In this document: piece by piece, positions 1 through 10,552 of the stretch
Layout: every line of letters begins with the position of its first letter
How positions within the stretch are numbered: position 1 is the stretch's first letter
Position numbers and translations under genes: made by a program
DNA from: an uncultured virus (IMG/VR IMGVR_UViG_3300025459_000001)
Taxonomy: Duplodnaviria > Heunggongvirae > Uroviricota > Caudoviricetes
IMG/VR virus record: IMGVR_UViG_3300025459_000001
Length of the DNA: 64,000 bases
Strand: one strand, 5' to 3'
The notes under the pieces: generated by a model
The model's database searches: none
The model's input: only the letters and a program-made list of their open reading frames with translations
What the model was told of the DNA's origin: nothing

Positions 1-36
1 CGCGGCTGAAGCCGGCGGCTTTGTAACTAAGCCATG

Positions 37-1122
37 CTAAACAGCAGCACAACTCGCTACGTTCGGCCCGCTTACAGTGGCCCTGCCAGCTATTACCCTG
101 GCAGCGTTGGTATCCGCGTGCGCCGCGAAACCGCATGTAGCGCAACGGAATGTCGATTGGTTGGGGCGGTTGCCCTTGTCGGTGTGCCCGCAAAGGGAAC
201 ACTCCCGGCTGCTGTTCCTGGGATTCACGGCGACCAGGCAAACACCCGCCCGTTTCGCCTTGTACTCCAGGAACGCCCGCAACTGAGCGAAGGCCCAACT
301 GTGCAGAACTCCCCGTTGCCGCCGTGTAGCCCTTATCCGTTCGCGTATCCCCGTCAATTCCTCGACGGCGATCCCGCGCCCGGTGCGTTCTGCGGCGGCA
401 ACGATCTGCTTAGAAATAACATGGTTGACGTGCTTGGCAAAGCGGCGTTCTTTGCCGGACAGTTTCTGCAACCGCCGCTTGGCCGAGCGGGTCCGCCTGG
501 CTTGCAGTTTGGCGCGAAGCCTGCGCTGGCGGTGCCGAACCGATTTGATCTCGCTCCCGCTGTACAGGTTGCCATCCGAATCGGCGGCGATCTGCGCTAC
601 CCCGAGATCGACACCCAAGAAACCATCGGGCTGCGCCATCTTCGGATTCGGAGCCGAGCAGTTTGCCAAGACGTACCACTTGCCGCGGACGTGGGCCAAA
701 TCGGTCTCGCCTTTACGATTTGCCAGCATGGTCCGTTGATGCTCGCCGCAGACGAAAGGGATTTTCAAGCGGCCATCGAGAGACCATATCGAGATAGTAG
801 AGGCCTCCAGGTCGTAGGACAGGATGCGCTGGTCGTAAGCCGCCGAACCCATGGCGCGAAACGTGCGCTTCGCCTTGCGGTCCAACTTGTAGGCGTCGGC
901 TACTTTGGAAATACAGCGAACCGCCGCTTGTGCGGAGACACCGAAGAGATTCCGGGCCTCCCGATAGCAGAGTCGGTGAAGGTCGAACTGCCGGAACGTC
1001 TTCGATTCCCACGCCACACCGCTTATGTAGTTGCAGGCGGCATTGCAGGCGGCCAACGTGCGGCTCAGCACCGCGCCCTGCTCGGCAGTAGGTTCGAGTT
1101 TGAGTTGGGCCGTCAGGTTCAC
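37..1122 (-). CDS. tnpB: RNA-guided endonuclease TnpB
   Basis: RuvC motifs GVDLG, IAVEEL, HADTNAARVI; Zn finger CSLCG...CATCG; N-terminal LKLEPTAEQ motif. Confidence 0.95.
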   Translation of the reverse strand: MNLTAQLKLEPTAEQGAVLSRTLAACNAACNYISGVAWESKTFRQFDLHRLCYREARNLFGVSAQAAVRCISKVADAYKLDRKAKRTFRAMGSAAYDQRILSYDLEASTISIWSLDGRLKIPFVCGEHQRTMLANRKGETDLAHVRGKWYVLANCSAPNPKMAQPDGFLGVDLGVAQIAADSDGNLYSGSEIKSVRHRQRRLRAKLQARRTRSAKRRLQKLSGKERRFAKHVNHVISKQIVAAAERTGRGIAVEELTGIRERIRATRRQRGVLHSWAFAQLRAFLEYKAKRAGVCLVAVNPRNSSRECSLCGHTDKGNRPNQSTFRCATCGFAAHADTNAARVIAGRATVSGPNVASCAAV

Positions 1123-1524
1123 TCAGGATTCCTTCTGCCGCTCGATGTATTTCTGAATGGTCGCGGTGGACACAGCGCCCGCGCTGCCTACGTAATAGCT
1201 CCTGCTCCACATCGAAGGCAGCCGCGACTTCAGGGCCGGGAACTTCTCCCGCAATTCGTGCGACGTGTAGCCCTTGATCTGGTTGGCGATGTGCTGAGGT
1301 GCGTGCGTCGGGGGAGCCTTCAGGAACAGGTGAACATGGTCAGGCCTCACCTCAAGAGCGACGATCTCACAGTAGAGTTCCGCCGCCTTTGCCACAATCA
1401 GCGACCGGAGGGCGACTTCAACCTCGCCCACGAGAACTTTACGCCGATATTTTGGGCACCAAACGAAGTGATACGTCAGCGTCGAAACACTGCCCCGAAG
1501 ATGCCGGTAACGTTCAACGCTCAC
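1123..1524 (-). CDS. tnpA: Y1 HUH transposase TnpA (probable GTG start at 1524; ORF track extends to 1569)
   Basis: YHFVWCPKYRR, DHVHLF (HUH), KGYTS, WSRSYY, IQKYIERQ. Confidence 0.95.
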   Translation of the reverse strand: MSVERYRHLRGSVSTLTYHFVWCPKYRRKVLVGEVEVALRSLIVAKAAELYCEIVALEVRPDHVHLFLKAPPTHAPQHIANQIKGYTSHELREKFPALKSRLPSMWSRSYYVGSAGAVSTATIQKYIERQKES

Positions 1525-1531
1525 AGTTCCT

Positions 1532-1560
1532 ATTATACTCTGCCATTCGATAGCTGTCAA
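1532..1560 (-). promoter_or_regulatory. Consensus sigma70 promoter for tnpA, likely leaderless mRNA
   Basis: TTGACA-17 nt-TATAAT on minus strand; 7 nt separate the -10 box from the GTG at 1524. Confidence 0.75.
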
Positions 1561-1652
1561 CCAAAACAAAGCGAGAAGCAGGCGACCAATGCGGTCGCCG
1601 CGCTATCCCTCCGCATGGCTGAAGCCAGCGGTTTCTCGCGCAAAGGAGTTTC

Positions 1653-2006
1653 ATGAAAACCCAGCGTAGGCTGAAGCCACGGCGCGGGCCTCCAGGGATA
1701 CCAGAGCAGGAGTGGAGGAACCCAGCGTACTTGGCGTTTCTTCGTCGTGAAGGACTTTGCATAGCGTGTCTTAAGACCGGGAAAAGACGTGCGGGACTGG
1801 GTTCCTGCGACCCTGCTCACGGTTCCGTAAACGGCATGGGGTCAAAAGGGCCCGACAAAGAGGCCGTCCCTCTGTGTCGCATCCACCACGACGAAATGCA
1901 CCGTATCAATTGGCCCCTGTTCCAGAATTTCTACGAGTTCAACCGTTACGATGTTGCGGCATACTGGTGGGAGAGGTTTAAGTCATGGCAGGAGACTTCG
2001 ACGTAA
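1653..2006 (+). CDS. DUF968/HNHc-like Zn-binding phage nuclease
   Basis: CIAC...DPAH...GMGSK..D..AVPLCRIHHDEMH motif pattern. Confidence 0.7.
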   Translation: MKTQRRLKPRRGPPGIPEQEWRNPAYLAFLRREGLCIACLKTGKRRAGLGSCDPAHGSVNGMGSKGPDKEAVPLCRIHHDEMHRINWPLFQNFYEFNRYDVAAYWWERFKSWQETST

Positions 2007-2202
2007 GCCGGGATGAGGAAAGGTTGCGTTTTGACCTGAACGCCTATGTTATCGGGAAAGAGGTCATCGGCCTTGCCGCTCGCCATGACCGGGTAGAGCT
2101 TTACCTGAGCGACAACCGGATGGTTGCGTTTGAGGTTTGCGGACCTGATATTGTGATTGCAATCGCGGTCCCTAGACCGTTGATTGAGACAGGGAGGGTG
2201 CA

Positions 2203-2586
2203 GTGAGCGACGAGTCCCACGTTGTACCGATTAACCTAGCGTCCAAATCAGCCCACAATAAAGAAACCCGGCCTCTGTATAACGAAGAAGGTGAGCAGAT
2301 TGGGATGGCCACCTTGGAATGCGAGATAACCTACTCGCGGGTCATCCAAGCGGGGGAAGACACCTACCTCATGGTGGACGAAAAGAACTGGGATGTAGCG
2401 CGCGGACGGTTTCCCTGGAAGATGACCGCGCGCACCCTCCCTGTGACGGCTCGCAAGTTAGGAATGGCTATGGTGGCCAAAACGGATTACGCTGGCTATG
2501 TTCTGATTGAGATCGGCGAGCATATGTTCGTGGTTCCTGAACGGCACACGGAGGCGCTATGCAGGATGTACCCACAGAACCCATAA
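2203..2586 (+). CDS. hypothetical protein
   Basis: Overlapping start/stop within a + strand operon; protein-like composition. Confidence 0.5.
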   Translation: MSDESHVVPINLASKSAHNKETRPLYNEEGEQIGMATLECEITYSRVIQAGEDTYLMVDEKNWDVARGRFPWKMTARTLPVTARKLGMAMVAKTDYAGYVLIEIGEHMFVVPERHTEALCRMYPQNP

Positions 2587-2954
2587 CAATTAGATTCTTG
2601 GGGTTCGCATCGAAAAAGAACTTCTGGCGTCCCGGCAAAAACGGTAGAGGAATCTACCTCGACAAGAAGACTCGCGCCTTAGTCGAGCGTATGGAGCTTC
2701 AGGTGCCCGCTGAAGTTAGAGACTTGCGATTGGAAAGCCCTGACATGATCTGGACCTTCCGGTATACCAACGGTCACGCTGACCGCGATGGGATCATGGT
2801 CACAGTACTCGATATCCTACAGAAATATGGTGTGCTGGTCAACGATTCGATCACAAGGTGTAATGGTCTGTGGACGGTTCACCCGGCTGAACGTGGGGAG
2901 TACGATGAAGTTGAGGTGACACTGATACCGAGAGAGCCCCGTGTCCCACATTGA
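2559..2954 (+). CDS. RusA-like Holliday junction resolvase
   Basis: SKKN motif and DRDG...LDILQKYGVLVNDS resembling RusA DxDN...D.L...G...DD. Confidence 0.6.
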   Translation: MQDVPTEPITIRFLGFASKKNFWRPGKNGRGIYLDKKTRALVERMELQVPAEVRDLRLESPDMIWTFRYTNGHADRDGIMVTVLDILQKYGVLVNDSITRCNGLWTVHPAERGEYDEVEVTLIPREPRVPH

Positions 2955-3187
2955 GCACATCCGAGACAAGTTAGCTAATCTGGAGGTCCGCCAACTACTG
3001 CGGGACGCCTCACGCCGACAGGCTAGCATCTTAAGGAAAGCCTACCGTTTCCGCAAGCTGGGAAGATTCGACCACCTCTTACATTTACAATGTGGGATGA
3101 CCTTGTGCTACGACAGGGCAGGAAAGTTGTGTTGGGCAAGCGCACCCAGAATCACTCAGGATAACAATCAGCAGTGCGAGATGGAGT

Positions 3188-3373
3188 TCATCTCCGACTC
3201 CGACCCCGCTTTGCCTTCCGTTTCTTCACCACAGAGTTAGCCGCTCTTATGGCGGCACCCTCTGAGTACCCGCGTTCCAACATGCTGTTCGAAACGTGGC
3301 TCCATTGTCTCTGGGCCTTTCGGCTTTTCGCTTTTTTCGTGTGGCGCTTGGCATCACTTGGTTTCCAGGGCAT
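3188..3373 (-). CDS. small basic phage protein
   Basis: MPWKPSDAKRHTKKA...AIRAANSVVKK; RBS GGAGGA upstream; last gene of the minus-strand arm. Confidence 0.65.
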   Translation of the reverse strand: MPWKPSDAKRHTKKAKSRKAQRQWSHVSNSMLERGYSEGAAIRAANSVVKKRKAKRGRSRR

Positions 3374-3382
3374 AATATCCTC

Positions 3383-5308
3383 CTAATTGTGACCTGTTAG
3401 GGGCGGATTTTGGATTACGGTGCCGTTCAAAAACTTGGTCCACTTCCGAATTCCGGCCTTATTGCGCCCGAGTGGTTCTACTTCAATGCTCTTGATCTTG
3501 CCGCCGTATCGAGAAAGCATTTTAGAGACATTCGCTGGGGCTTGGTCTGAATCGTATTCGAGGGCACTGATCGTTTTCCCGCTGGCGTCTTTGGCTGTCA
3601 GTCGTATGCCCTCAAGGTTTACTTCGGTGGCCTTCTCGAATATAGATCGCACGGCTTGATGTAGTTCCTGTTGTTCTGACGTCTCGGGAGCGCTGGAGCC
3701 CTTCTGCGCCCCCTCAGTTTTCGGAGGGGCGGTCGCCGATTCGGGCGGAAGATTGGCTAGCGCTCCCGAATCCTTTTCACGTCCTTTTGGAGTCCCACGT
3801 TGTACTTCAGGTGGTGGGGAAGGCTTTTCTCCTGCCTTTAATTTCGCTTCCAGTTCCGCGATCCGCTTATTGTTAGCCGCAATCTTGTCCTCGGGGGATT
3901 CCTTTGCGACAACGGGTTCAGGAGGAAGGGAGGGCTTCCCTGCGGGTTCCCCCGTTTTTGGCATTTCCACCACATTCTGCTTGTGTGGAGGATTTTCCAG
4001 CACACCCATTTTCTCGGGACTCGGGACTGGCAAGACAGGCTCTTTCCCTTGGCTTGCCATGGCCTCCCTACGCACTCCAGAAACCTGAGAACGGCCTATG
4101 GATTCCGGGGTGGGCTCAGGTGGCGGGGCCGCAGTCGAAGCAGTGGCGGGCTTCTGTGGGCCAGCAGCGGGGGTTTCCTGGGAAACCGGGGTAGGAATAG
4201 ACTTCGGGGATGGCTTGGCGGGTGGTTTGGTCTCCTGTACTCGCTCAGGTGGCTTCGCTAAAGGCTTTCCCGCTGCTGGGGTCTTGGCTTGTCGAGCTTC
4301 AAACTTCTTCAGGGCGTCATCAAGAAGTCGTTGCTTTTCCGCTTCGGTGGCGTTGGCGACTTTGTCCCAGGCGGTTTGGGCGGGTGACAGCTTGGGAGAT
4401 TCAGTCTTGGCCTCTGGAGGGGGTGGGGCGGGCGGACCAACAGGACCTTCTGGCCCCTTCGGAGTTTCCACGGTGGGCTTCGCTTCGACTGGAGGCTTAC
4501 CGGCCTTACCGCCTTTGGTCGCTGCTGCAATTAGGGCTATGTCACCTAAAGCGCGAGCGGCCTGCTTTCCGACTTCACGGTAATTACCAGATTGGAGCGC
4601 ATCTGCCGCCTCTGGAAAAGACTGAATAAAGTCATAACTCTGTGCGCCGATAAAGCCAGTTTTTATCATTTTACCTAGAACGTTTATGGCTTTGGCCGCT
4701 CGCGGAAAATTGGCGAGTTTGGATTCCGGTAGCAGTATCGACCCAATAAGAAAGGCTGCGTTGAGCGGAGATGTCATACTGAGTCCGGTGTCGGCCAGTC
4801 CTTCACCTAACCCCGCCGAGAACTCCTGAACATTCTTAGGCGCTCCAGCTACTTTAGGGATTTCCTGGGCAGCCCAAGCGGCACCTTTCTCAACAGCAGG
4901 CTTGACGACTCCCTGTACTACCTCAGACGGCAGAAACGCCAGCCCTGGGAGTACGGAACCGCCGGTCAACTGGTTCTTGATTGCCGTGCCTACCTCGGAC
5001 AAGGAGGGAAAATGTGCTTTGCCGGATGGTTCAGGCGGACTCTCAGGCTTACCGTTGGCGGATTTCGGGGCACCGTCTGACGGCTCAAGGCCCTTGATAC
5101 TGTACAGGTTGTTAAACCCAGGAACGTGCCCTTGCATGTACTGGGCCCATTGTTGTGGGGTTATTTTACCCGGAGTCTCCTTAAGCATCTGCTTGGTGGC
5201 CTGCCGGTAGACGTCGTACTTCGGGTCACCCGATGTCACAGCCTGTTTCATCTTAGTCGCGAACTCTTCTGCGGTGACTTCGCGAGGTTTCTGGGGCTGA
5301 GGGGTCAT
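3383..5308 (-). CDS. probable internal virion/DNA ejection protein, Pro/Lys/Glu-rich
   Basis: 641 aa; position after the tail nozzle gene in a podovirus-like order; low complexity. Confidence 0.5.
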   Translation of the reverse strand: MTPQPQKPREVTAEEFATKMKQAVTSGDPKYDVYRQATKQMLKETPGKITPQQWAQYMQGHVPGFNNLYSIKGLEPSDGAPKSANGKPESPPEPSGKAHFPSLSEVGTAIKNQLTGGSVLPGLAFLPSEVVQGVVKPAVEKGAAWAAQEIPKVAGAPKNVQEFSAGLGEGLADTGLSMTSPLNAAFLIGSILLPESKLANFPRAAKAINVLGKMIKTGFIGAQSYDFIQSFPEAADALQSGNYREVGKQAARALGDIALIAAATKGGKAGKPPVEAKPTVETPKGPEGPVGPPAPPPPEAKTESPKLSPAQTAWDKVANATEAEKQRLLDDALKKFEARQAKTPAAGKPLAKPPERVQETKPPAKPSPKSIPTPVSQETPAAGPQKPATASTAAPPPEPTPESIGRSQVSGVRREAMASQGKEPVLPVPSPEKMGVLENPPHKQNVVEMPKTGEPAGKPSLPPEPVVAKESPEDKIAANNKRIAELEAKLKAGEKPSPPPEVQRGTPKGREKDSGALANLPPESATAPPKTEGAQKGSSAPETSEQQELHQAVRSIFEKATEVNLEGIRLTAKDASGKTISALEYDSDQAPANVSKMLSRYGGKIKSIEVEPLGRNKAGIRKWTKFLNGTVIQNPPLTGHN

Positions 5309-8300
5309 TTCTTCACCACATTCCCAAAGGCATCGTATTCAACTTGAGAGCCAGCAACTTGCCTCTGCTTTTTTCGTTTATCCGAACGGTATCCCCGAAT
5401 CACCGAGCGCGGATCAACCTTATTTATCGCAGCCGCTGCCAACACTTCCGAGGCCATATCCCAGTTATTTAGGTCGGCAGCGTTGCCGTATTCCTTAATG
5501 GCGGTAGTCAGACTCATCCCCCTACGTGTCGGGAAGCCGAATAACTGGGAACTGGCCGTGGGGGCCGCAATGGTTTCAGGGAACAACTTGTGGGCTCCCT
5601 TCTGGATTACTCCACGAGCAACCAAAGGGATTCCCAATGCCTCCGCGCTCGCATAGAGACGCTGTGTGGCCTGTTCTCCGCCGCTTGCTCGTGGGTTGAT
5701 TTCTTCGAAACCGCTGCCCGGTTCGTGATAACCAAGTTGTACGATACTCCAGCGAAGCGGCAGGGATAACTTGTTACCCAGTGTCTCAATTGGCGACATC
5801 AGCCAACCCATTGGCTCACGAAACCCCTTGCCTAATTCGAGATAACGCTGCGAGCCATCTGGATTATAACCGACAGATACATTAAAGGCATTTGTGGTGA
5901 GACTGTCGAGGTATTGATCTCCTACACGAGCGGGGGGGCCTGGGTTGTCCCAAGAAAAATGTGCTCCTTTTTTACCGCTGCGATCTTCCGTTTTAAAATA
6001 TCCACTTAAGGCGTAGTTGAGTGCTTGCGTCGTCAGAAACCAGGATAATGCCGCTCCCGTCACGTATTTGCTTGTAATTCGAGAAGCCGCTTCGTTCTCG
6101 AACCCACTGGTTAGCACGCGAAGCCTCGATACTGACCAGCCAGGAGCAAGCATAAGGAAGTTCAACGCCTGTCTCGCCCGTGGACTAATGAGCATTTTCT
6201 CCCAACTGACGGCCCCGTAGGCGTTATTTACATGATTGGCAACGGTGCGCCCCAGGTCGTCGATTCGTTCTGGTGTTGCATCCTTGCCTAACTTTGGGAG
6301 TTCATCGGCCATGATGGTTTCATAAGCATCCAGCATCGTTCCTTGGTGATAGTAGTCCCAAAGAGCGCTATCCCATGAGGACATCAACGATGCCATCGTT
6401 CTGACAGGACCACCGGAGACCTTGGCAAAAATGTTATTACTGGCCGTCATGTCTCTCAGCCGGTCAATCAGCCATCCCTCACGTTCTTCGCTGTTCAGGT
6501 TAAGGCCACGCCCTAATGCCTCGCGCACAATTGAAGGGTCCATGCGCATCACTGGGGGGCGATCACCTGATCGACCAATGGCTTCGTAGACGCCAGACTT
6601 CACCCCACTAAAGAAGTGCGGATTAAATAAAAAGGTTTGCCGCAAGGCATCTCCAGCACGAACTCCTTTTGGCGTCTTGCCGATCCCCGGCAGCGGCTTA
6701 CGGAGAGCGTAGATCGCCCGACCCTGTTCACTCAGCGTGTTGTAGTGGAACATCGAGAAAGTGAATATCGCTCGCTTTCCGAGGGCTCGCATCGTGTCCA
6801 GGGCTCCGAACAGGGTCGTCTTACCGGATTCTCCTATTGTCGGTAGGCCGTGACCGAATACAGAGTTTACTGCCATGTCGAAGTCTGGGTGGACATAAAC
6901 GGGACGGCGCTCAAAGTACGGCATGTGTTCTTTGGTGGTAGTGCCAGCGTAAGTCACGCGGTAAAGAGCCTCGGCATCCGTTGCCCGCTTCCATCCATTT
7001 AGGCCAAGGTCCTTTGCTTCCGTTTCAGTGACAATTGTTCCCATGCTACGGAGCCAATTCGCCATCCTAACGTTCGCAATCACCTGAGTTGCGGTATCCG
7101 CACGAAGTTTTAAGACATCTGCGACGTCGGTATATTTAGGTTTTAACCCGTACTCCTCGATTCCTGTTTTGTACCCTGGAATCTTACGCTCCTTAAGATA
7201 GGGGTCGTGCATCAGCGTGCGAGACACCCCGGCGCGAAATGCGGGGTCGCGTCCCTTAAAGTCCCACATCTGGGTCAGATACGCCTCGGATTCCTGGAGA
7301 GACACTGAGTCTCCCCACGCGGCGCGCAGTAAATCGTCCTGCTCTTTAGTCCACTTACGAAGTTCTGGCAACCATTGCCGCGCTTCCTTTGAAAGGCCGA
7401 CTTCATCTGCTGTTGCATCGCCCTGTATGACGTATCCTAACTTTCGAATATCCCTATCGGCAACTGGAACCTCTGCTTTAAAATCGTAGAGGAAGCTGTT
7501 GATGTCAAAGTTTCTTATGGCTTTAAAGGCTGCTCTGTCAGCGACAATGTCAGCCGATATTTGCAAAAGCTTAGGTTTCGGCACGTCGAATACATCCGCT
7601 ATGTCCCTGGCACCTTGGTGTTCGTAAAGTTTTTGGAGTCCCTTTGACGGCGCTTCAGCTTTGGCTTTTTCGAGCATCGGAATCTTAGCTTCGTCGGGAG
7701 CCTGAGCGATCTGCTTCCGCAGGGCCGATCTTTCCTCTAAGGGAACGAGGCGATACCCAGCGGTCCTAGCGACTAGGGTTTTAGCCCCCGCCTTAGCCGC
7801 TCCTAGCGACGTGACAATATCAGCAATCGCATCGGCCCAATCCTCAGGCGAGCCACTCTTGAAAGCCTTGGTTGATTTAGGGGCGGCCTGCATCAACCCC
7901 CCGAAACCAATTCCGAGGTCTACAATACCAGCTACCGGCGCAGTAGCAGGGAATAAATGCGCTGCCGTCAGGGCCAAGCCCACCGGAGAGGTGACGAAAT
8001 CCACAACCTCAGGAGGGGCCTTGCCGAGTTCGACAGCAAAGCGAGACATCCAGTCAGCACCCTTGGATCTCTGGATGGAACGAGGGAGTATGGTTTTTGC
8101 CAGCTTGTCGTAGGCTTCTGTGACCGTTGTTCCTTTCCCAAAGTACTTTAATAGAGATGTCGTCGCTATGTTCCCCTTTGGGGCGTTGGGTTGCGGTGCG
8201 GCTTCTTGTTTGGGTGCCGATTCGAAGATATCCGGCAACGATGGAGTAACTGTCTTGTTTTCGGCAGACGAACGAGGAGGAGGGCTCGGCGGAAGGCTCG

Positions 8301-8340
8301 GTGGTTTCTGCTCGAAAATGTCAGGGAGTTGGTCTGCCAC
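5305..8340 (-). CDS. large internal virion/DNA ejection protein
   Basis: 1011 aa helical protein in the ejection-gene position; coupled to neighbours. Confidence 0.55.
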   Translation of the reverse strand: MADQLPDIFEQKPPSLPPSPPPRSSAENKTVTPSLPDIFESAPKQEAAPQPNAPKGNIATTSLLKYFGKGTTVTEAYDKLAKTILPRSIQRSKGADWMSRFAVELGKAPPEVVDFVTSPVGLALTAAHLFPATAPVAGIVDLGIGFGGLMQAAPKSTKAFKSGSPEDWADAIADIVTSLGAAKAGAKTLVARTAGYRLVPLEERSALRKQIAQAPDEAKIPMLEKAKAEAPSKGLQKLYEHQGARDIADVFDVPKPKLLQISADIVADRAAFKAIRNFDINSFLYDFKAEVPVADRDIRKLGYVIQGDATADEVGLSKEARQWLPELRKWTKEQDDLLRAAWGDSVSLQESEAYLTQMWDFKGRDPAFRAGVSRTLMHDPYLKERKIPGYKTGIEEYGLKPKYTDVADVLKLRADTATQVIANVRMANWLRSMGTIVTETEAKDLGLNGWKRATDAEALYRVTYAGTTTKEHMPYFERRPVYVHPDFDMAVNSVFGHGLPTIGESGKTTLFGALDTMRALGKRAIFTFSMFHYNTLSEQGRAIYALRKPLPGIGKTPKGVRAGDALRQTFLFNPHFFSGVKSGVYEAIGRSGDRPPVMRMDPSIVREALGRGLNLNSEEREGWLIDRLRDMTASNNIFAKVSGGPVRTMASLMSSWDSALWDYYHQGTMLDAYETIMADELPKLGKDATPERIDDLGRTVANHVNNAYGAVSWEKMLISPRARQALNFLMLAPGWSVSRLRVLTSGFENEAASRITSKYVTGAALSWFLTTQALNYALSGYFKTEDRSGKKGAHFSWDNPGPPARVGDQYLDSLTTNAFNVSVGYNPDGSQRYLELGKGFREPMGWLMSPIETLGNKLSLPLRWSIVQLGYHEPGSGFEEINPRASGGEQATQRLYASAEALGIPLVARGVIQKGAHKLFPETIAAPTASSQLFGFPTRRGMSLTTAIKEYGNAADLNNWDMASEVLAAAAINKVDPRSVIRGYRSDKRKKQRQVAGSQVEYDAFGNVVKK

Positions 8341-8343
8341 CTT

Positions 8344-9951
8344 TTATCCCCCAGGCAGACGATCTACGTCTTCGCTAGTGAACCCGCTTGACGAATCCCC
8401 CTTGGCCCGTTGTTTCTTGTGCTGGTTGTAGAGGACGTCAAGCATATGATCGCGATCTGTTTCAGCTTGTTTCAGTTGCTTTTGCTCGGCTTCGTTATTG
8501 AGTTTGTCAGCCGCCGCCCGATCACTTGGGGGAGCCATGGAAAGGGAAATCCTGGTAGCTTCGCTGTCGTGTCGAGAGTTGATTCTTTCTACCTCGTTCG
8601 CATATCGCCCGTAAATCGACTGCTCACGGTTAAAAAAATTCTCGTCCTGGCGTAAGTCGGCAATCTCTGACGATGCGCTTCGTTCATACGCCTCTCCAGG
8701 AGTCAAGATGTATTGTTTAGTATTCGGGTCGTACATCTGATATTTATTTTCACCCTTTGCGCCCTTAACGACTCCGATCTTTTCTAGTGGATTACGAGGT
8801 GGATGATACACCCCGGTTTCCTTGAGCCAACCTTGCATGTCAGCAGGAAGCGGCAGTTTGGTCATTGGGTCAACCATCGTATCCAGTCGTGGGTCATATT
8901 CCGCTGCCACTTGTTGCGTTGGGTCCTGTGGGTTAGACAGGTTCACACGTTCACGTTTTCCGTACATCTCGTCAATAGCTACGTCCCGCAGCGACCGTGG
9001 GCTCCCTGGTACTTGCCCGGTTGTAACAGGCTCAGGAGGCTGCTGGGGACGGGAGGCTCCGCCCTGATACATCGGGCTGAAATTAGCGTTGGCGACCGGC
9101 TGTCGCCGCGCTACGAGGGACGGGGGGCCTGCGGGATGACTCCCTCTCCGAGCCGCCTCTTGTTCGTCAATAATCTTTTGCTCCAAACGCTTCATTGGGT
9201 CGGCCGGAAGCGGTGGATACTGCGCCAACTGCCTGGATTCCCATTCGGCAGCTTGTTTTTGATCGCCGCCAAAGATCTGAACGACCTTATCATGCAATCC
9301 CTTAGTAGCCCCATAGGCTTCTTCTAGGTTGGAGACTCCTTTGGTTGCGTCTTGGTACTGCTGCGTAATTGTCGAGAGCGCCTTAGTCTTCGAGAACTCC
9401 GGTTTCACGCTGCCATCGGGATTGTAATAGGTGGCCTGAAGTATGTCTCCTGTTTTTCCAGGATCGGGTCCGCCTTTGGGCATCTTGCCGCCCGTCAGAC
9501 CTTCCGCTAAGTCGTGCAAGGCATGAATTACCAGCCCATGCTGGTTCTTCTGCGTGTCATCCTTCCCCTTCCCCGCGCTCTTGTCTTTCCCTGATCCCTT
9601 TGGGAGTACTTCCTTGATGGCGTACCCTTGCTCTTGAAAGAACTGCTGCCGGATCTTATTTTTGGCCTCTTCGCTCAACTCAGGGTCCTTGAGCATCATA
9701 TTGACCTGGCTCACGAATCCCTGTTGCCGCTTGAATTTCTCATCTTCTTGTTGGGCGTATTTGGCCTTGCGGCCTTTCGTTACGCCTTCAAGGAATTTCT
9801 CGATTCCGTAAGCGATGCCCGCAGCCTTACCGGGATAGGCTTGTGGTGCCTGAATTGGCTGTTGAGGTTGCGGTTGTAGCCAGTTTGAGAACGGCCCAGC
9901 GTAAAAATTCGGATCAGGAGGAGAGAAAACAGACTGGTTGTTGTCAGCCAT
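8344..9951 (-). CDS. probable DNA ejection protein
   Basis: 535 aa, Gln-rich coiled segments; synteny. Confidence 0.5.
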   Translation of the reverse strand: MADNNQSVFSPPDPNFYAGPFSNWLQPQPQQPIQAPQAYPGKAAGIAYGIEKFLEGVTKGRKAKYAQQEDEKFKRQQGFVSQVNMMLKDPELSEEAKNKIRQQFFQEQGYAIKEVLPKGSGKDKSAGKGKDDTQKNQHGLVIHALHDLAEGLTGGKMPKGGPDPGKTGDILQATYYNPDGSVKPEFSKTKALSTITQQYQDATKGVSNLEEAYGATKGLHDKVVQIFGGDQKQAAEWESRQLAQYPPLPADPMKRLEQKIIDEQEAARRGSHPAGPPSLVARRQPVANANFSPMYQGGASRPQQPPEPVTTGQVPGSPRSLRDVAIDEMYGKRERVNLSNPQDPTQQVAAEYDPRLDTMVDPMTKLPLPADMQGWLKETGVYHPPRNPLEKIGVVKGAKGENKYQMYDPNTKQYILTPGEAYERSASSEIADLRQDENFFNREQSIYGRYANEVERINSRHDSEATRISLSMAPPSDRAAADKLNNEAEQKQLKQAETDRDHMLDVLYNQHKKQRAKGDSSSGFTSEDVDRLPGG

Positions 9952-10045
9952 AAAGGGCCTCTTCGGTGCTACAATACAAGTTGGGCCACGGGAACGCTGT
10001 TGACGTTCTCATGGCCCTGAACACCCGATCCACTGGAGGGATCAG

Positions 10046-10549
10046 ATGCCCAAGACCAAGTGTAAACCACTTCCTGAAATCCCCCAACGCTACATCGATA
10101 AATTCCGCTCGCTCATCGAAGTCGGGGGACCAGATGAATGCTGGCCCTACAGGGGCAAAAAGAACAACAAGGGATACGGGCAGGTCGTTATCTATAGAAA
10201 CGACATCGAGCGCAAATTGCTGGCGAACCGCATCGCATATTTCCTTCACTATGGCGAAGATCCGTACCCGTTTCTGGTGTGCCATACTTGCGACAACCCA
10301 CCATGCTGTAATGGAAAACATCTGTTTAAAGGAACGCACCACACCAACCACGAAGACATGGCCAACAAAGGCAGAGGAACTCGCGGCGAATGGGATGCAA
10401 TGGCTAAGCTCACCGCTCCTAGGGTGTTGAAAATCAGGGAACTCTGGGCGAGCGGGAGATGGAGTCAGCCGACTATTGGGAGAATGTTCGGCGTTACTCG
10501 ATCGACTATTGGCCAAATCGTCAGACGTGAACACTGGAAGCATATTTAA
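10046..10549 (+). CDS. free-standing HNH homing endonuclease with C-terminal HTH
   Basis: DECW...GYG...ANRIAY...VCHTCDNPPCCNGKHLFKGT; C-terminal SQPTIGRMFGVTRSTIGQIV; opposite orientation to flanking genes. Confidence 0.9.
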   Translation: MPKTKCKPLPEIPQRYIDKFRSLIEVGGPDECWPYRGKKNNKGYGQVVIYRNDIERKLLANRIAYFLHYGEDPYPFLVCHTCDNPPCCNGKHLFKGTHHTNHEDMANKGRGTRGEWDAMAKLTAPRVLKIRELWASGRWSQPTIGRMFGVTRSTIGQIVRREHWKHI

Positions 10550-10552
10550 CCC

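Larger units (their letters stand above)
1..1640 (-). mobile_element. IS200/IS605-family insertion sequence (tnpA + tnpB); right end may extend beyond the window start
   Basis: Adjacent tnpA and tnpB. Related subterminal hairpin motifs GGCTGAAGCC(G/A)GCGG at 4-18 and 1616-1630. Confidence 0.85.

Noticed and set aside
34..1656. 540-aa + strand ORF
   Set aside because: Antisense shadow of tnpA/tnpB with no recognisable domain.
1669..1678. Third GGCTGAAGCC copy as an IS end
   Set aside because: Lies inside the next CDS and lacks the rest of the hairpin context.
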